The notes under the pieces are model-generated. The model had not been told where the DNA came from. It saw only the letters and a list, made by a program, of their open reading frames with translations, and did not search any database. 32,000 nt of DNA from Candidatus Iainarchaeum sp. (GTDB lineage: Archaea > Iainarchaeota > Iainarchaeia > Iainarchaeales > 0-14-0-20-34-12): the NCBI GenBank assembly GCA_030649345.1, contig JAUSKK010000042.1, forward strand, positions 14,408-46,407, written 5' to 3'. The position numbers were made by a program, and so were the translations under genes. Positions 29,601 through 32,000 of this stretch are shown here, in pieces (position 1 is the first letter of the stretch; the number at the start of each line of letters is the position of its first letter).

Positions 29601-31454
29601 AATTGGATCAGGCTCGTACAAGATTAAGTTTTTGCCTGCACTTTCATATTGTTCTACTCCAGTTCCTCCAGTTTGCCAATCTCCGCCAAAGTGTCCGTCT
29701 TTCCAAAATTTTCCTTCCAATTGATTCCATTGAGCTGGGTCTCTATATAACGGAATGTAAACATCTTGGTCTTTGAGCTTGACAAAATATTTATAAAATT
29801 GCGCACTTTCATCTTTTTGATAAACCCATTCACCCATATCCAATCGAACCAAAGAATCCCAGCCACGCAAAGATTTAGTTAAAGCTTTCGAGTATTCAAT
29901 TCTAGCGGCAATTTCTTGCGCACTTCCATACCCGAATTGTTTTAAGGTTGTTTCATAGCTTCGTTTTCCAATTAAAGCAATTCCGCCTTGCGTTCTGGCA
30001 GTATCTCTCAATAAACTCAAATAATCAAAAAATGCTTTCTGCACTGACTTGGGTTGTTTTTGAATTTCTGCCAAAATTCCGCCTTCCGAAGTAAATTCTT
30101 TGTAAAACCATTGACGAAAGCTTGTTCCTTTTGAAATCAAGTATCCATCAGTCCATTCATGCGGTTCAAATAATGAATTGTTAAATTTTCCAAAATTAGG
30201 ATATTCCCGCAAATATTGATATAGTTTTGCAGAACGTTTGTTGGCTAAAAATTGAGTCAATGGATTCTCGCTGGTTGGATCGTATAATTTAGAGCGAATT
30301 TTATCCATGACTTGTCTATAGGGCGCGGACCAAGGCCAGATTCCAGACTGAACTGTATTTTCTCCGCCGGCTGAAGCAAAATTAAATAATTTTTTTGCAC
30401 GAAACCATAAAGTGGGCAAGCCAGTGCTTAATACTTGTTCTGCGGAAAAATAAGAATTAAAATATTTGTCAAACATAGAATACGTTGAAATAATACAATC
30501 CGTACCTGAACCAGAACACGTAGTTTGGAATTGAGAATTAAATTTTTCAGTTAAAATTGAATTCAAAATTGGACTATCCGTAGAACGCTTGTAGGTTTCT
30601 AAAGTAACTGAATCCGCATCTCCAGATTCAACTAAATTTTGCTGAAAAGAATTCTGCGCAGAATCAGGCAAACCAAACAATTTTCTTAATTTAGAATGAT
30701 CGTCTTCAGTGAAAGTTTCAAAACCATTTTCATCCAAGCCTAAATATTTTTCTGCACTGGCTGGCAATAAAACTCGGCCGAATGTTTTAGCTGTATCTTT
30801 CAAAGTTTGTCCTAAAGGTTTAAAGTCTGAAACAATTCCAGTTCCAGAATTTCTGTATTTTAATCTGGTTTCATCCATCCAGCAAGATAAAGCATTATAG
30901 TCTTCAATACTTTCAGCAACTGGACATCGGCCGACTCGCAAAGAATCTTCTAAAATTACTCCAAAAGAATAAGCTCCTTTAATTCCGGAATTCAGCCATT
31001 GCTGTAATTCTAAAGCAGAAAATTTTTGGTCCGGCATTTCTTGCTTTAATGCTTTTCCTGTTTTGGGATCAATTACATCAAAAATTTCTGAATTTTCTAA
31101 AGTATCTCGGTTCGTATTCGCTGGCTGGCCTGAACCAATTTGGTTTCCTAAAAAACCTTGATTCAATAAATCCATAAAACGCTGAACATCTTGCGGATTA
31201 TTCGGCATAGTTCTGCAGGCAAACTGTGCACCCACAGGAGTATTCACTGCAACAGGTTGAGTAGTTCCAGTACCTGTGCCTGTTGTTCCAGTTCCTTGCG
31301 CAAAAACTGAAGCTGGTAAACTGGATAAAATTAAAAACAGCAAAAGAAAACAAATAACTTTAGTGCGTAACAAAGGCAATGAGTCGTAATTAATAAGTCC
31401 AATATTCTTAATATTATTCACTGGTTCACGACTCATTGGAACAGAGCTGTTCAT
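26670..31454 (-). CDS. Giant orphan membrane-anchored surface protein (1594 aa) with N-terminal signal/anchor and C-terminal TM anchor
   Basis: ATG at 31454. VICFLLLFLILSSLPASVFA followed by a QGTGTTGTGTGTTQP linker. Internal hydrophobic stretch AAIGLYMAGIDSVGYMVFGWAAITASIA, then a charged coiled segment (SKEEERKKEEAKQEASKK). C-terminal PLALLIFVLLLAISFAGTQLLL-NSKKN. No recognisable catalytic motif. TTTAAAAAG lies about 23 nt upstream of the ATG. Confidence 0.85.
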   Translation of the reverse strand: MNSSVPMSREPVNNIKNIGLINYDSLPLLRTKVICFLLLFLILSSLPASVFAQGTGTTGTGTGTTQPVAVNTPVGAQFACRTMPNNPQDVQRFMDLLNQGFLGNQIGSGQPANTNRDTLENSEIFDVIDPKTGKALKQEMPDQKFSALELQQWLNSGIKGAYSFGVILEDSLRVGRCPVAESIEDYNALSCWMDETRLKYRNSGTGIVSDFKPLGQTLKDTAKTFGRVLLPASAEKYLGLDENGFETFTEDDHSKLRKLFGLPDSAQNSFQQNLVESGDADSVTLETYKRSTDSPILNSILTEKFNSQFQTTCSGSGTDCIISTYSMFDKYFNSYFSAEQVLSTGLPTLWFRAKKLFNFASAGGENTVQSGIWPWSAPYRQVMDKIRSKLYDPTSENPLTQFLANKRSAKLYQYLREYPNFGKFNNSLFEPHEWTDGYLISKGTSFRQWFYKEFTSEGGILAEIQKQPKSVQKAFFDYLSLLRDTARTQGGIALIGKRSYETTLKQFGYGSAQEIAARIEYSKALTKSLRGWDSLVRLDMGEWVYQKDESAQFYKYFVKLKDQDVYIPLYRDPAQWNQLEGKFWKDGHFGGDWQTGGTGVEQYESAGKNLILYEPDPIKRVDNARARDILRHPPRFTEKFIATDKGELMKMDPEMTPFLKDKLGTRGDVFVGGYRKGLELTPEDFAARTTTKRAVMTAAWEPLRNTEQMYLSALERGLGNHTYTNILSKAFSERDELLTDYFSLKGGPKWTAGMYAYWWGKQGFGNEKFSAYQLSDGWLRVSWPLQDTALYDDAYVDFFANEGSDQGDMFKRVLNALPIDKILSTAADQFQPAKDLYNSVSGRGGRDEVENIALFSSTEQECDNCSLVLNARNNFQSWQGTFRSPTKMKSYILEDTTDKTLKEVGQTLITFVHHTDLAGKVKNDSIASGEIKLSEAVQKKETCADIIKEFSVGTVLTSGLIDVGPNAAEILPGLSAQQATRNSKQKNTAAIGLYMAGIDSVGYMVFGWAAITASIAQQTIVAPKLQDCVDHIEGYYNHLFAASKEEERKKEEAKQEASKKAVEGLQKFADTVTGWFKSSEASYTHKEAEGLNKEVAQFLDQSKKNEIIEAYIETIGNAQGNLVGQELLSLWFRGEVDPLGYKTEGKRIISDEKHKIDVDIDYKTGKATATQEKDGVKTVTDLLTNPDTVRLSSTNTDNTAEQFPNRLGYVPMTGQGIMFEMTINSDLMVIDPVILNCIQATVLEQTGIALNSNNLSEVFGKVINMATDSHANIQAWKENGRIVADGIVRRFVEGPNARVQVLGNRETKLLNFETKDIGFLDSVQFEHGVIIVKPETNELLVWLKRNKKAIINQDDVIGLNVKQNDVINPETGCTEPAFDLSAVPKPGSPQIAQNVNNFNTSLDKMGPFQSFETATKRFSFYSKRVNGECKNFISILDKNTGDVYEAPIKSLITTPNGIKVVDENGKEHNLEFSAPNGIPTIQYNNEVPETLLGAQGKNGSFWYDPNTGNWYPQNGNLLPLIEAFRDGILTKVGSDGKANSVASGNVLSLNLAQPSSSGFNLPSVPEQPLALLIFVLLLAISFAGTQLLLNSKKN

Positions 31455-31495
31455 ATTATAGTATATAATATATTCTTCTTTTTAAACAAAACTCA

Positions 31496-32000
31496 TTAGT
31501 AAAAGTAAAGCATATAGACAATGCCTAAAAAGGCAAATTTGAAGACAAAAAAGAACAAAAACGCAAAAACCAAGGTACTCACCCAGCAAGCTAAAAACAA
31601 GCCTAAAGTAGTATTTTTGGTTTTGCGCTCCATCCAAGGTTTAGCTAAAGAACCCAATAATAAAAACGGCAGCAAAATTAAAGAAATTGCAATTGAAGTT
31701 ATAATAATTTTAGCAATGGATGTTATGGCAATCAAAAAATAATCATACAAAGTCGGCTGAAAAAATTCAGGTGCTTTCTGCAAGTTTAAAGATTCAGCCC
31801 AAACTTGAGAATACATGGGTACAGCATATGCAATAATTAAAAGCAATGCTGAAAATAAAAAAATTGTTAAAAATGAACTGGAAGCCCATTTTAGTTTAAA
31901 GCGTGCTTGAAGTTTTCCGCGAACCTTTAAACCCAGCCAAGCCGCAATAAATATTGGAATGGATATAATCAAACTTCCTTTCAGCAAATCAAAAACTGAA
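31496..32000 (-). CDS. Polytopic membrane protein, probably 5'-truncated by the window edge
   Basis: About five hydrophobic segments (IISIPIFIAAWLGL, FLTIFLFSALLLIIAYAV, FLIAITSIAKIIITSIAISLILLPFLLLG, LGLFLACWVSTLVFAFLFFFVF). The frame stays open from 31987 to the window end, and the track start is only a TTG. Confidence 0.6.
   Translation of the reverse strand, partial: SVFDLLKGSLIISIPIFIAAWLGLKVRGKLQARFKLKWASSSFLTIFLFSALLLIIAYAVPMYSQVWAESLNLQKAPEFFQPTLYDYFLIAITSIAKIIITSIAISLILLPFLLLGSLAKPWMERKTKNTTLGLFLACWVSTLVFAFLFFFVFKFAFLGIVYMLYFY

Noticed and set aside
1-32000. Searches for a CRISPR array, rRNA or tRNA genes, transposase or integrase genes, and a diversity-generating retroelement (RT plus template/variable repeat pair) targeting the giant proteins.
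   Set aside because: - No spaced repeat arrays. The only tandem repeats are 10-bp and 21-bp units in two or three copies.
- No GC-rich structured intergenic segments of tRNA or rRNA size. All gaps are short and AT-rich.
- No ORF with RT (YxDD), DDE or tyrosine-recombinase motifs.
- A DGR elsewhere in the genome cannot be excluded.

Overview
AT-rich, densely coding window that reads like a small-genome (DPANN-type) archaeal chromosome segment. This taxonomic call is an inference from gene content and promoter layout. Supporting features: an XPD/Rad3-type DEAH helicase with a 4-Cys Fe-S module, a PAC2-family proteasome assembly chaperone, COG1753/PF02697-type VapB antitoxins, a FlaI/TadA-type type IV filament ATPase with two T2SSF-like membrane partners, and BRE/TATA-like boxes about 25-30 nt upstream of first-gene ATGs. 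The standard genetic code holds, since three ORFs of 4.8-6.9 kb stay open.

Three giant surface or secreted protein genes (2004, 2285 and 1594 aa) occupy 17,658 of 32,000 nt, about 55% of the window. Two of them (1733..7747 and 10386..17243, minus strand) are paralogous mosaics. Each combines peptidoglycan-hydrolase-like domains with arrays of CARDB-like and FN3-like modules, and each module holds a closely spaced Cys pair. The 2285-aa protein has one Amidase_2/PGRP-like domain and two SLT lytic-transglycosylase-like domains; the 2004-aa protein has one SLT-like domain. Each giant gene is associated with a paralogous ~200-aa membrane-anchored coiled-coil protein and related promoter sequences, so this looks like a duplicated module. 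This module is the most interesting candidate system here: an exported murein-degrading and adhesion apparatus in an organism that should have no murein of its own.

At least eight toxin-antitoxin-like cassettes are threaded through the locus. One is bracketed by perfect 24-bp direct repeats that also look like promoters.

I found no rRNA, tRNA, CRISPR array, transposase or integrase. All domain calls come from motif recognition by eye and need HMM or structure confirmation. Several ORF-track starts use GTG/TTG extensions; I trimmed these to the first plausible ATG where family N-termini support it.
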